From: Candidatus Sumerlaeaceae bacterium | GTDB lineage: Bacteria > Sumerlaeota > Sumerlaeia > Sumerlaeales > Sumerlaeaceae | NCBI GenBank assembly: GCA_049968255.1 | Contig: JBMFRB010000007.1 | Coordinates: 107,813-171,812, forward strand | Direction: 5' to 3' | DNA length: 64,000 bases | Part shown: positions 40,022 through 50,316 of the stretch, one piece after another | Position numbering within the stretch: position 1 is the first letter of the stretch | Layout: each line of letters starts with the position of its first letter | The notes under the pieces: model-generated | The model's database searches: none | What the model saw: only the letters and a program-made list of their open reading frames with translations | What the model was told of the DNA's origin: nothing | Program-made: the position numbers and the translations under genes

Positions 40022-41329
40022 ATGCGGGCTGTGGATATTATTATCAAGAAGCGGGATGGCGGCGAGCTTAGCCGCGAGGAAATTGCCTTTTTCATCGAGA
40101 ATTACCTGCGCGACGAAATTCCCGAATATCAGACATCGGCGCTGCTGATGGCTGTCTATTTTCAGGGGATGAGTTTCGAGGAGACAGCTGAACTCACGCG
40201 CCAGATGATTCTGTCGGGGGAGACTTACGACCTGAGTTCGCTGAGCATAGGTGTGCCTGTGGATAAACACAGCACGGGTGGGGTGGGTGACAAGATTTCG
40301 CTGCCCTTGGCGCCGCTGGCTGCTGCGTGCGGAGTAGCAGTGCCGATGGTAAGCGGACGTGGCCTTGGTCACACCGGTGGCACACTTGACAAGCTTGAGT
40401 CTATTCCGGGGTTCAACGTCAGGCTTACCCGCGAGCAATTCATGCGGCAGCTTGAAAAGATTGGTGTGGTGATGGCGGGACAAACCAACACATTTGTCCC
40501 CGCGGACAAACGCCTTTACGCCCTGCGTGACGTTACGGGAACAGTGGAATCCATTCCCCTCATCTGCGCCTCGATTATGTCGAAGAAGGTGGCTTCGGGC
40601 GCTCGCGCACTTGTCATGGATGTAAAGACCGGCAGCGGGGCATTCATGCGAACGCTCGAAAAATCACGCGCTTTGGCGCAGGGGCTCATCGGCGTGGGGC
40701 AAGCGCTGGGCCGACCAGTGCATGCTCTCATTACTGACATGAATCAGCCGCTGGGCAGAAAAATTGGCAACGCGCTTGAGGTTATTGAGTCGCTGGCGTG
40801 TTTGCGAGGGGACGGCCCGCCCGATGTGCGCGAGCTGACACTGCGACTCACAGTCGAAATGCTCTTGCTGGCTGGACGAGAAGTGGAGCGCGAATCGGCC
40901 TATCAGCGGTGCGTGGCCATGCTCGACAGCGGAAAGGCGCTGGAAAAGTTTACCGAGCTCGTAAAGGCACAAGGCGGTGATCCACGCGTGGTGGAAAATC
41001 CCGCTTTGCTTGACTTGGCGCCGGATGAGACTTACTTTGTGGCGCCGCGGTCTGGTTTTGTCGCCGCGATTAACTGCCGCGAGATCGGCAATGCTGCGGC
41101 TGTGCTTGGCGCAGGACGAGCGAGAACAACCGACACGATTGATCACGGTGTGGGATTGGAAATGCTCGCCAAATTGGGCAACCCTGTGACTCCTGGCGAA
41201 CCTCTGATCAGGGTTGTGCATCGCAAAGGGCGGGGTCTTGAAGAATGCATGAAGCGGCTTGAAGCTGCCCTGACAATCGCGGATGAGCCTCCAACAGTGC
41301 CGCCGCTCATTTACGAAACGCTGGAATAA
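40022..41329 (+). CDS. pdp: Pyrimidine-nucleoside / thymidine phosphorylase
   Basis: DKHSTGGVGDK, SGRGLGHTGGTLDKLESIPG, LYALRDVTGTV, SIMSKK. Confidence 0.95.
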   Translation: MRAVDIIIKKRDGGELSREEIAFFIENYLRDEIPEYQTSALLMAVYFQGMSFEETAELTRQMILSGETYDLSSLSIGVPVDKHSTGGVGDKISLPLAPLAAACGVAVPMVSGRGLGHTGGTLDKLESIPGFNVRLTREQFMRQLEKIGVVMAGQTNTFVPADKRLYALRDVTGTVESIPLICASIMSKKVASGARALVMDVKTGSGAFMRTLEKSRALAQGLIGVGQALGRPVHALITDMNQPLGRKIGNALEVIESLACLRGDGPPDVRELTLRLTVEMLLLAGREVERESAYQRCVAMLDSGKALEKFTELVKAQGGDPRVVENPALLDLAPDETYFVAPRSGFVAAINCREIGNAAAVLGAGRARTTDTIDHGVGLEMLAKLGNPVTPGEPLIRVVHRKGRGLEECMKRLEAALTIADEPPTVPPLIYETLE

Positions 41330-41397
41330 GCTCTGTGGAACGCTGAAGCCAGGCGCATGGGGTACGGGTCTCTGTGCCGCAATCGTCGGACGTGTTG

Positions 41398-41889
41398 CTA
41401 GGGGCGTTGCGCATGGAGAACGTAAAGGGCGGCTCGAAGTCCTAACAAATAGCTTGCTGCCCCAAAGCCTGAAATTTGGCCTGAGCAAACAGGTGCGGTG
41501 AGGCTCGTGTGACGAAAGGTTTCGGGCCGCGCATAGACGTTCGACAGATGCACTTCGACGACCGGTAGCGGCGCAACGGCAGCGATGGCGTCTCGAAGGG
41601 CAACACTCGTGTGGGTGTAAGCGGCAGGATTCAAGACTATTGCATCGTACTTGCCGCGGGCTTGGTGAATCGCCTCAATGAGAGCTCCCTCAAAATTGCT
41701 CTGAAAGAAATCCACTTCGACACCGAGCTCACAAGCTTCACGTCGAACGAGGTGCTCTATGTCGGCGAGGGTTTGCTTGCCATACACTCCTACTTCGCGA
41801 AGCCCTAATAGGTTTAGGTTTGGGCCGTTGAGCACTAAAATGCGACGTTGTCTTATGTTTTTTACTTTTGCTGAGCGTTTGCGTTCCAC
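41398..41889 (-). CDS. aroQ: Type II 3-dehydroquinate dehydratase
   Basis: [39 protein letters not shown]. Confidence 0.96.
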   Translation of the reverse strand: MERKRSAKVKNIRQRRILVLNGPNLNLLGLREVGVYGKQTLADIEHLVRREACELGVEVDFFQSNFEGALIEAIHQARGKYDAIVLNPAAYTHTSVALRDAIAAVAPLPVVEVHLSNVYARPETFRHTSLTAPVCSGQISGFGAASYLLGLRAALYVLHAQRP

Positions 41890-42049
41890 GTTTCTGAACT
41901 CTCCTTCATCGGTGTCTAGGGAGTGCCAAAAAGCTGAAGCGACTTCAACGTGAAAGCTTTATTGGCAAGAGTAAGAGGCGACGAGTGTTGACAAGTCGGA
42001 AGCCCGTTTTTCGTTGCGACGCGGGAGCTTAAACAACTTCCGCCTTGAT

Positions 42050-43237
42050 TCATGGCTCATATACCACGCCGAGGACCACAGGCCGCGAGGCGCCTGTGGC
42101 ACTGGGAACGTTCGCAGGAATTCTGTGAAGCCGTGCAAATCCCAGGACCGCAAACGCGACGCATTCACGGGCTTTCGAGGGTACGCCGAGCTCGTCTACA
42201 TCGGCCAGGACCGGTGCTGACGCGCCAAAGGCACTCTCAAGTTCCTCGGCAATGTGGTCCCGAAGCGTCGCATTTTTCGCTCCACCGCCAGCAAGGTAGA
42301 TTTTGTGAACTGCATGCTTTGGCACGACAAACTTTTGAAGATTTACCAAAAACGAACGCGCGGTGAAGCGCGTGGCTGTGGCGACGAAATCTTCAGGCCG
42401 TGAGCGTGAGTAATGCCGCAGAGCCTGCTCAACCAAAGGCGGACCGAACATCTCGCGACCGGTAGATTTTGGCGGGAGCTGGTCGATGAAAGGAAGCGCC
42501 ATCCACGCCTCGAGCAGGGGCCGAATGACCCGACCGCGCGCGGCAATTTGCCCTTCGGCATCGTAGCGCATCGGCGGAAAAAGGCAGCTAACGAAGAGAT
42601 CGATCAGCACGTTTCCCGGCCCGGTATCGAACGCTAAGATATCAGCAAGTGTGCCGCCTGCGGGAAGCACTGTGCTGTTGGCGATTCCGCCGATGTTGTG
42701 AATGACGAGGGTTTCCTCTTCGCGCGCAAAAAGGTGGAAATCCGCGAAAGGGACTAACGGCGCACCTTGACCACCCATCACCATGTCGGCGGCGCGAAAG
42801 TTTGCAATAGTAGGGACGCCAAGGCGCAGCGCGATGGTAGCCGGTTCACCAAGCTGAAGCGTTGAGGCCATAGTTGAGCCGCGCGTTGCCTCTTGCGGCG
42901 GAATATGGTAAATGGTCTGCCCATGAGAGGCGACAGCTGCAAGCTTCTTGGCCGAAACATCGGCTTTGCGCAAAAGAGCTTCCGCTGCGTCAGCAAACGC
43001 ATGGCCGATTTCGAAATTCAGGCTGCAGGCCAAACGCAACGATCCAGCACTGTCACGAAAGAGAGCGAAAATTTTTTCTCGCAATGGCGTGGCTATGGGG
43101 TGCTCGAGAAACGCGAGAAGTTTCGCCACTATGCGATTGCGGTGGCCAAAGCAAACCTCGCACAGCGCGGCATCGATGGAATCCACACTTGTGCCCGACA
43201 TAAGCGATATTATAAGCTGTGCGTCGTTCTTGACCAC
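42050..43237 (-). CDS. anmK: Anhydro-N-acetylmuramic acid kinase
   Basis: MSGTSVDSID, SHGQTIYH, GGQGAPLVP, NIGGIAN, FDTGPGN, PKSTGRE, GGGAKN. Confidence 0.93.
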   Translation of the reverse strand: MVKNDAQLIISLMSGTSVDSIDAALCEVCFGHRNRIVAKLLAFLEHPIATPLREKIFALFRDSAGSLRLACSLNFEIGHAFADAAEALLRKADVSAKKLAAVASHGQTIYHIPPQEATRGSTMASTLQLGEPATIALRLGVPTIANFRAADMVMGGQGAPLVPFADFHLFAREEETLVIHNIGGIANSTVLPAGGTLADILAFDTGPGNVLIDLFVSCLFPPMRYDAEGQIAARGRVIRPLLEAWMALPFIDQLPPKSTGREMFGPPLVEQALRHYSRSRPEDFVATATRFTARSFLVNLQKFVVPKHAVHKIYLAGGGAKNATLRDHIAEELESAFGASAPVLADVDELGVPSKARECVAFAVLGFARLHRIPANVPSATGASRPVVLGVVYEP

Positions 43238-43282
43238 GTTTTTTGGTGCCAGCGTGTATGGATAGTACTCAGTTCAGGAACC

Positions 43283-44392
43283 ATGGCATGCGGACAAAGC
43301 AAGAGCTTGCGAGTGAAAAGTGACAGAGCGCATCCGCTGCGTGTGGCCTATTACATATCGAGTCACGGGTTTGGCCACGCCACACGTGCAGCGCAAGTGA
43401 TTTCCGCACTCCCGGCCGATACGCTCGTTTATGTCAAGACGATGGCCGATGAAGAATTCCTCAGGAGGGAAGCTGGGCGCTCGCTCCACCTTACGCGTCA
43501 GGCTTTCGATTTCGGCGCATGGCAGGCGTCGAACACGAACATTGATTGGCAACGCACTTTCGAAACTGCCATGCAAGTGCACGCCGACAGCCATGCGCGT
43601 TTGCACGAGGAGGTCGCGTTCCTAAAGAAGGAAAAGATAAACGCGGTGGTGTGTGACATTCCCCCCACGCCGCTTTTGGCAGCACAGGAAGCTAACATCC
43701 CATCGGTTTGCGTGGCAAACTTCACGTGGGTGGAAGTTTTTCGCCGCGCCGCTGCTGGCGACAGGCAGCGCGAAGTGTTCCTGCGCCAGGTGGCAAAGGA
43801 GTACGCCACGGCGACGCTCCTCGTGCGGCCAGGCTTTGCGCTTCGCATGCCGCACTTTCGCCGAAGCTACGACACATCGCCTATTGCGCGCCGCGGCGTA
43901 AACAGACGTCGGGAGCTGCTGCGTGAACTTGATTTGTCGACGCGCACCCGGCTCGTTCTCACATATTTTGGGAAATGGGGATTTGGAGCACTGGAAATCG
44001 AACGGGCAGCAAGGCTGAAGGACGTCGCATTTTTGAGTTTCGATGCGGAGATTCCTCCACTGAAAAAACTTGATCCAAATCGCTGGAAGTTCGAGGACGT
44101 CGTGGCGTCCGTGGACGTGGTGATTGCTAAGCCGGGCTATGGGACACTTGGCGAATGCATGGCAAATGCGACGCCGGTGATCTATTATCCGCGGTGCGAA
44201 TTTTCCGAGTACTTTGCATTGCGCCGAGAACTCGACCGCTGGGGTGGTGCAGTTCGGTTGAGTACTCGCGATTTCCTTGCGTGCCGCTGGGAACAGGCGA
44301 TCGAGCAGGCGCTACGCCTGCGGCCACGGGCGGTAAGATGTGATGGAAGCCGCGAAATTGCGGCTTGGATCGTGAAATTGGCGCGTCACTAG
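43283..44392 (+). CDS. GT-B fold protein resembling the L-arabinokinase N-terminal glycosyltransferase-like domain
   Basis: YYISSHGFGHATR, VVCDIPP, NFTW, DVVIAKPGYGTLGE. Confidence 0.7.
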   Translation: MACGQSKSLRVKSDRAHPLRVAYYISSHGFGHATRAAQVISALPADTLVYVKTMADEEFLRREAGRSLHLTRQAFDFGAWQASNTNIDWQRTFETAMQVHADSHARLHEEVAFLKKEKINAVVCDIPPTPLLAAQEANIPSVCVANFTWVEVFRRAAAGDRQREVFLRQVAKEYATATLLVRPGFALRMPHFRRSYDTSPIARRGVNRRRELLRELDLSTRTRLVLTYFGKWGFGALEIERAARLKDVAFLSFDAEIPPLKKLDPNRWKFEDVVASVDVVIAKPGYGTLGECMANATPVIYYPRCEFSEYFALRRELDRWGGAVRLSTRDFLACRWEQAIEQALRLRPRAVRCDGSREIAAWIVKLARH

Positions 44393-45285
44393 GAATGGAT
44401 CTCGGCGTCGAGTTCCTGAGAAAGTTCCTTAGCAACCTCCTCACCGATCTGGCGTGCAACCAGGTCCTCACTCTCCACCCAGCGTTTGAGCTCTTCGAGG
44501 AAGTGATGGTGGGTCAAATCGTAGTGGAGTGGCGTGATGGCAATCTTTTTCTCGCGCAGGACTAAGTCGTCCCAATCTTCGCCTTCCTGCGAGTGAATGA
44601 GGCGGTCACCGACATTTCGATAAGCGATGACACCGGCCCGCTCTCCCACCGCCTTGAATTCATCGACGAAGACCGACTGCCCCATTCGCGCAACAACCAC
44701 GCCTTTGATTTTGTCCTCGGGAAGCGCTGGGATGTTGACATTAAGCAGGACACCGGGCGGAAGGCCACGCGAAACCACAATTCGGGCGAGCCGTGCAGTG
44801 AATTTTGCTGCAAATGAGTAGTCGGCGGGCACGCGCGCCACATCCTTCAGCGTCCCGACTTGCTGCGAATTTTCAGGCGAATTCGCGGCTCGAATCGCCA
44901 ACGAGACTGCTATCGCTTTGAACCCGTTCATGGTCGCTTCAATGGCTGCGGCCACCGTTCCCGAATAGATGATGCTCGTCCCCGTGTTTTGGCCGCGGTT
45001 AATGCCCGAAATGACGATGTCCGGCGGTGAATCCTTCAGAATGACGCTCAGCGCCATTTTCACGCAGTCGGCCGGAGTTCCGTCCACAGCGTAAGCGTGT
45101 CGGCCGTGCTCGCGCGAGTGCTCTCGCAGCGAAATTTCATTGAAGACGGTGATGGCGTGCCCGACAGCACTCCGCTCGGCGGATGGGGCGACAACCGTGA
45201 CGTCGGCAAATTTCGAAAATTCTTCGTAAAGCGCCCACAGGCCCGGAGCCTCAATCCCATCGTCATTTGTCAGCAAAACCCGCAT
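44389..45285 (-). CDS. surE: 5'/3'-nucleotidase SurE
   Basis: LLTNDDGIEAPG, VAP..ERSAVG, DGTPADCV, SGINRG.N, YSGTVAAA. Confidence 0.96.
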   Translation of the reverse strand: MRVLLTNDDGIEAPGLWALYEEFSKFADVTVVAPSAERSAVGHAITVFNEISLREHSREHGRHAYAVDGTPADCVKMALSVILKDSPPDIVISGINRGQNTGTSIIYSGTVAAAIEATMNGFKAIAVSLAIRAANSPENSQQVGTLKDVARVPADYSFAAKFTARLARIVVSRGLPPGVLLNVNIPALPEDKIKGVVVARMGQSVFVDEFKAVGERAGVIAYRNVGDRLIHSQEGEDWDDLVLREKKIAITPLHYDLTHHHFLEELKRWVESEDLVARQIGEEVAKELSQELDAEIHS

Positions 45286-45371
45286 CGTGCACGTCTCTTG
45301 TCGCTGCAATTTGAAATGGCCACTGAAGTACAACCTTCTGGACCGACGTCTTCAGCATTAAGTTTGACCAT

Positions 45372-45683
45372 TCACCGAATAGGAAGAAGAATCCAATACC
45401 GCGTAAGGTAATCGCCTAATGCAAAGGCGAACAGAAGCATGAGTGTAAATACGCTGACAAACACGACAAGCAGGATGAGCTTCTCCGAATAGCGCACGTG
45501 CATGAAGTAAAGCACCACGAGCGTTGCTTTGAGCGATGCGATTAGAATAGCGATCGGTGTGTTGAGTAAACCGAGATCGATGAACGCTACCTGGACCGTC
45601 ACTGCTGTTAGCACTATAAGGGCCAAGAACACCAAAAAGTAAACTCGGACTGGGACAATGTGGTCGAACATAATGCGGTTCAT
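45372..45683 (-). CDS. Cytochrome c oxidase subunit IV (caa3 type)
   Basis: Three TM segments, LIVLTAVTV, KATLVVLYFMHVRY. Confidence 0.85.
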   Translation of the reverse strand: MNRIMFDHIVPVRVYFLVFLALIVLTAVTVQVAFIDLGLLNTPIAILIASLKATLVVLYFMHVRYSEKLILLVVFVSVFTLMLLFAFALGDYLTRYWILLPIR

Positions 45684-45698
45684 TATCTCACTCTCCTT

Positions 45699-46352
45699 TC
45701 AGTGCCGTCCGAGAAGATAAAGCAGTGGGAAGAGATAAATCCAGATAATATCTACAAAATGCCAATACAGGCCAACGAGCTCTACGGGGGTGTACCATTG
45801 TTTTGAGAACTCGCCTTTGACGACTAACGCCACGAGCCATGCCATGGCCCCTATTCCGAGAAAGACGTGAAGTGCGTGAAGACCAGTCATACAAAAATAC
45901 AGGACAAAAAATAGCTGCACGAGACGCTGGTCCTGCATTCCCTCGTAGTGAAATGCCGGCCCTGGTATATGATGCTCGACGAACTTATGATGCCATTCAA
46001 TGGCTTTTACGCCAAAAAAGGCGCATCCGAGCACCATTGTCAAAAGCAGATAAACAATCAGCCGCCGTTGACGGCCGAGTTGGGCGGAATGGACTGCAAG
46101 AGCCATTGTGAAGCTACTAAGTATGAGAATTCCCGTGTTCAGTCCTCCAAGGCGGACATCAAGCAAGTGGCTGGCGGCATGAAAGGGCCCGGGATACAAT
46201 GTGCGGTAGACCGCATAGGCTGCGAAGAGACCGCCGAAGAACATGACTTCGGTAACTAAGAATAACCACATTCCAAGAACTGCCGATGATTTCTGTTGCT
46301 CGGCGTCTTGAAAGTGATGAGCTACATGGGGATGTGCGGCTGCGTCAAGCAT
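45699..46352 (-). CDS. coxC: Cytochrome c oxidase subunit III
   Basis: [34 protein letters not shown]. Confidence 0.92.
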   Translation of the reverse strand: MLDAAAHPHVAHHFQDAEQQKSSAVLGMWLFLVTEVMFFGGLFAAYAVYRTLYPGPFHAASHLLDVRLGGLNTGILILSSFTMALAVHSAQLGRQRRLIVYLLLTMVLGCAFFGVKAIEWHHKFVEHHIPGPAFHYEGMQDQRLVQLFFVLYFCMTGLHALHVFLGIGAMAWLVALVVKGEFSKQWYTPVELVGLYWHFVDIIWIYLFPLLYLLGRH

Positions 46353-48015
46353 GGGCTACTTCTTTCTCCTGTTGCACACTACGATAGTCATAGGGTTCGC
46401 ATGTGACCACGGGCGTCTGCTCGAAATTGTAAACAGGGGGAGGTGACGAGGTTCTCCACTCGAGCCCCGTTGCGCCCCACGGGTTAGCAGAAGCTTTTTT
46501 CCCGTAAAGCAGGGAGTAAGTCAAGTAAGCAAATGGCATGAGATAGCCAATTCCAAGAATCATTGCTCCCGATGAACTAAGCACATGGAGAATTTGGAAC
46601 TCAGGGACGTACTCGTGATAATGGCGCGGCATCCCAAGATATCCTAACAAAAACTGTGGGAAGAATGTAAAATTGAAGCCAAGGAAAATGACAATTGCAG
46701 CTAACTGCCCCCAGCCGTCCGGTTAGAGTCTTCCTGTCATCTTTGGCCACCAGAAATGCAACGCGCCAAGAAAGCCCATGATTGTCGCTCCGACCATCAC
46801 GTAATGAAAGTGCGCCACAACAAAATAAGTGTCGTGAACGTGATAGTCCATTCCGAGGCAAGCAAGAAACAGTCCTGTGAGCCCGCCAATTGCAAAAAGC
46901 CCAATAAACCCGAACGCGTAAATCATTGGAGTGGAAAAGGAGATGCTTCCTTTGTACAGTGTTGCGGTCCAATTAAAGACCTTAACCGCGGACGGAATGG
47001 CTACAAGGAAGCTTAAGGCTGAGAAAATCAAACCAGCGAACTCGGACTGGCCACTTACCAACATATGATGCCCCCAAACGAAAAAGCCGACAATGGCAAT
47101 AGCTAAGCTGGACATTGCAACAAATGAGTACCCGAACACTGGCTTTTTTGAAAAAGTCGAAAATAGCTCACTCATCACGCCCATGGCTGGCAAAATCATG
47201 ATATAGCCGGCCGGATGCGAGTAAAACCAGAACAGATGTTGAAAGAGCAAAGGGTCCCCCCCGAGAGATGGATCAAACAATCCGACTTTCCAAATTCGCT
47301 CTACGGCGACAAGCAGGATGGTGATGGCCAGAACCGGTGTCCCCAGCAACATAATGATGCTGGTGGCATAATGAGCCCAAACGAAGAGTGGTAGACGGAA
47401 CCACGTCATCCCTGGTGCTCGCATTTTGTGGATAGTGACCATGAAATTCAATCCTGTAAACACTGAGGAAAATCCAATGATAAATATCCCAAGACCAGTA
47501 ACGACGACAGCACTGTTCGAAAATGTCGTGCTGTAAGGGGTATAGAACGTCCATCCTGTGTCAATGCCGCCCGTGAACATCGCCATAAGAGTGAGAGCGG
47601 CACCGATCATGTACATGTACCAGCTTGCCAGGTTAATCCGGGGGAAAGCGAGATCTTTTGCGCCTATCATCAGCGGAATCAGAAAATTGCCAAACACACC
47701 GGGGATTGCTGGCACGAGAAACAGAAAGATCATGATAATGCCATGCTGTGTGAACAAACGATTGTATGTGTCAGAGCTAACGACGTCGCCTTTTGGGGTG
47801 ATAAGCTCGAGGCGAATCAAGAACGCCAGAATTCCCCCAATGATAAAAAAGAACGTGACACCAATCAGATAGAGCAAGGCTATACGCTTGTGATCGACTG
47901 TGAGAAGCCAAGATTTCAGTGTATAGCCGGCACGTAAATAGTTTGACATATCGTGGCTTTCAGCTGTATCAGCAAAGCCCTCGTGGTCAGCTGAGTGAGT
48001 TAGGCTTGTACTCAT
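46345..48015 (-). pseudogene. coxA: Cytochrome c oxidase subunit I (A2 type) with an in-frame TAA
   Basis: [38 protein letters not shown] at 46725-46723 (GRL*PDGWG), after which the same frame continues [17 protein letters not shown] to 46345. Confidence 0.85.
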
Positions 48016-48998
48016 TTTCCAGCCTCCTTAGTGACGCTTGTGGTTTTTTCCAGGTTCGCCGCTTTATTGTCTGACGCCAATGACTTAATGTACGCCACAA
48101 CATGCATCACCTGCTCCTCGGTCATCAACCCTTGAAAGCTGGGCATAATAGGTTGATAGCCCTCGACGATTTTTGCGCTAGGATTCATAAGAGATTCGCG
48201 CAGGTAATCTTCATTTGCAACGACACTCCTGCCATCGACGAACTTCACCGTTTTGCCGTAAAGATTGGTGAGGGACGGCCCCCGAGCTCCGGATGTGTCG
48301 GTGTGACATGTATTGCAGGCAAACTTGCTGAACAGGACTTCACCTGCTTGAGCAGGTGTACCACCCACCTCATCGCCGAGCCATGCCTGAAACTCGCGCG
48401 GATCCATGACGATAACTCTACCAATCATTTTGGAGTGGTTAGTTCCACAATACTGGTTGCAAAAGAGTCTGTAGACCCCGGTCTTGGTGGCCTGAAACCA
48501 CGTACGTGTCCATCGCCCTGGAACAACATCCTGCTTCATTCTAAAAGCTGGGACGTAGACATTGTGGATCACATCTTCAGACCCCATGGTAAGCTTCACA
48601 GGAACGCCCGCGGGAACGTGTAGGTCGTTAATTTCGCGTTTTCCATTCGGATGCTGGAACTTCCACATCCATTGCTTGCCAGTCACCAAGACTTCGTAAG
48701 CGTCATTCGGGGGACGAAGCTGATCGTGGTAGACCTTCGCCCCCCAGAAGAACATGATGGCGACGAGAGCCAGGGGGATTCCGGTCCAGATGATTTCTAG
48801 TGTTTTTGAGCCATGGATCGGCGGCGGCAAAGGATCATGATCGCTTTGGCGGCGATACTTAATGGCAAAAACGACGACAAGAACAAAAATTAAGAGAGTG
48901 AAAAATACTGTTACGCCAGTGAGGTAGAAGAACAGTGCGTCTACTCTTGGTGCCAAGACTGACGCTTGTTCCGGAAATAGTTCAAATCTCGGTTCCAT
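48012..48998 (-). CDS. coxB: Cytochrome c oxidase subunit II with fused cytochrome c (caa3)
   Basis: LEIIWT, GKQWMW, DVIH, CuA motif [12 protein letters not shown], heme motif CNTCH. Confidence 0.92.
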   Translation of the reverse strand: MEPRFELFPEQASVLAPRVDALFFYLTGVTVFFTLLIFVLVVVFAIKYRRQSDHDPLPPPIHGSKTLEIIWTGIPLALVAIMFFWGAKVYHDQLRPPNDAYEVLVTGKQWMWKFQHPNGKREINDLHVPAGVPVKLTMGSEDVIHNVYVPAFRMKQDVVPGRWTRTWFQATKTGVYRLFCNQYCGTNHSKMIGRVIVMDPREFQAWLGDEVGGTPAQAGEVLFSKFACNTCHTDTSGARGPSLTNLYGKTVKFVDGRSVVANEDYLRESLMNPSAKIVEGYQPIMPSFQGLMTEEQVMHVVAYIKSLASDNKAANLEKTTSVTKEAGK

Positions 48999-49000
48999 GT

Positions 49001-49840
49001 TTACTCCACTGTATGAGTCCCCAAAAGTTTTCGCGCTCGGAATTCTTTACGGAGGAAGAGCGTTATCGCTGAGATAATAGCTATGACGGTGACTATGCCT
49101 GCCACTCGCACAGAAGTTATAATGGCCCATCCGTAGCGGCCAGTAAGTGGATCATATTTATAGCATAAGAGAATTGCCTGGTCAACTAGGTTGCCGATCT
49201 TGCCATTCGAAGCTTCGATTACACCCAACCGTAAATCCCTTGGAGGATAATCAATTCCATAGAAGTAGCGCGAAATGGTCCCGTCCGGGGCGACAACGAT
49301 AATGGCGGCGGCATGAGCATACTGTTGAAGTTTTTTGTCCCAAACATATCGGAAACCTAGTGCCTGTGTGAGACTAGTTATGGTTTCTTGGTTTCCGGTA
49401 AGAAAATGCCAGCCAAGCTCCGCGCCATCCTGTTTCAGCTCTGCGATGTAATTTTTCTTTTTTTCTGCCGCGAGTTGTGGAGTGTCCTTTGGATCGAAAC
49501 TGAAGGTGACCACTTGAAAATCCTTCCCCACGCGTAAAGGTGTGACCTTTAGTGCCCGAACCAAACCATTAAGTACCTGCGTGCAGAGCATGGGACATTC
49601 AAAATAAACAGGGGTTATGATAACCGGAGCCGACGTAAAGAACTCTTTTAGCCTGACCTGACGGCCTGTTTCGTCCAGAAAGACGAGGTCGGTGGGCACT
49701 GCGTGCCCTATTTTTTGATCAATCCCCACTTCACGCCAAACGGGTGCTGAATCTCCCTGTGCCCCGGCGGACAATGACGCCAGAAGCATGAGGAGGAAGT
49801 GCGCCACAATGCTTGGCCATGATGTTATTTTTGCATCCAC
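49001..49840 (-). CDS. SCO1/SenC copper chaperone
   Basis: YFECPMLC, WHFLTG, YAHAA, SRYFYG, C-terminal TM. Confidence 0.88.
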   Translation of the reverse strand: MDAKITSWPSIVAHFLLMLLASLSAGAQGDSAPVWREVGIDQKIGHAVPTDLVFLDETGRQVRLKEFFTSAPVIITPVYFECPMLCTQVLNGLVRALKVTPLRVGKDFQVVTFSFDPKDTPQLAAEKKKNYIAELKQDGAELGWHFLTGNQETITSLTQALGFRYVWDKKLQQYAHAAAIIVVAPDGTISRYFYGIDYPPRDLRLGVIEASNGKIGNLVDQAILLCYKYDPLTGRYGWAIITSVRVAGIVTVIAIISAITLFLRKEFRARKLLGTHTVE

Positions 49841-50316
49841 GCTGGTCTCCGTTCAATAAACCGGCCGCTCGCGGAGTCGGCGGCAAAGCTTGTTAGCTGA
49901 TCCCTGGCGGAGTTGTTGGAGTTGGTAGGGTTTTGACGTTGGGGAAGTCCGTCTTCGAGCATGAGTACAATCGCGTGTTCGATGGGCACACGTACTTTGC
50001 CGTGGGCCTTATCTACCCAGCCATATGAATGAAGTATTGCGTCTTCTTCCGCTCTCATGCGTTCCATGTCTTCGCGGGGGGACAACTGCAACCGAGGTTC
50101 AGGCGGCAAGGGAAGATTACGGGCTACGACACCTCGGGCTGGCTCCCCACCACGGCCCCGGTCAAGGGAGACAAACAAAACCCACACTAGGTATACGATT
50201 GCAACAGTTGCAAGCACGAGGGCCGCTAACCATTTGGCAATCACTTGCCATTTTGTGTCCCGAGTTTCATAACCGGGTTCAGAGTGCTCGTGCAGGTGTT
50301 GGTCAGTGCTTGCCAT
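49825..50316 (-). CDS. Single-TM accessory protein of ACIII-oxidase clusters
   Basis: GYETRD followed by a TM, PPEPRLQ, LHSYGWVD...VRVPIEHAI. Lies between actF and SCO. Confidence 0.75.
   Translation of the reverse strand: MASTDQHLHEHSEPGYETRDTKWQVIAKWLAALVLATVAIVYLVWVLFVSLDRGRGGEPARGVVARNLPLPPEPRLQLSPREDMERMRAEEDAILHSYGWVDKAHGKVRVPIEHAIVLMLEDGLPQRQNPTNSNNSARDQLTSFAADSASGRFIERRPAWMQK

Noticed and set aside
42893-43282. 130-aa N-terminal extension on the GT-like ORF
   Set aside because: It overlaps anmK on the opposite strand, and recognisable sequence begins only after 43283.
48425-48462. CuA motif CNQYC instead of CxExC as another decay lesion
   Set aside because: All Cys/His/Met ligands are present and this position binds through its backbone carbonyl, so Gln is tolerable.
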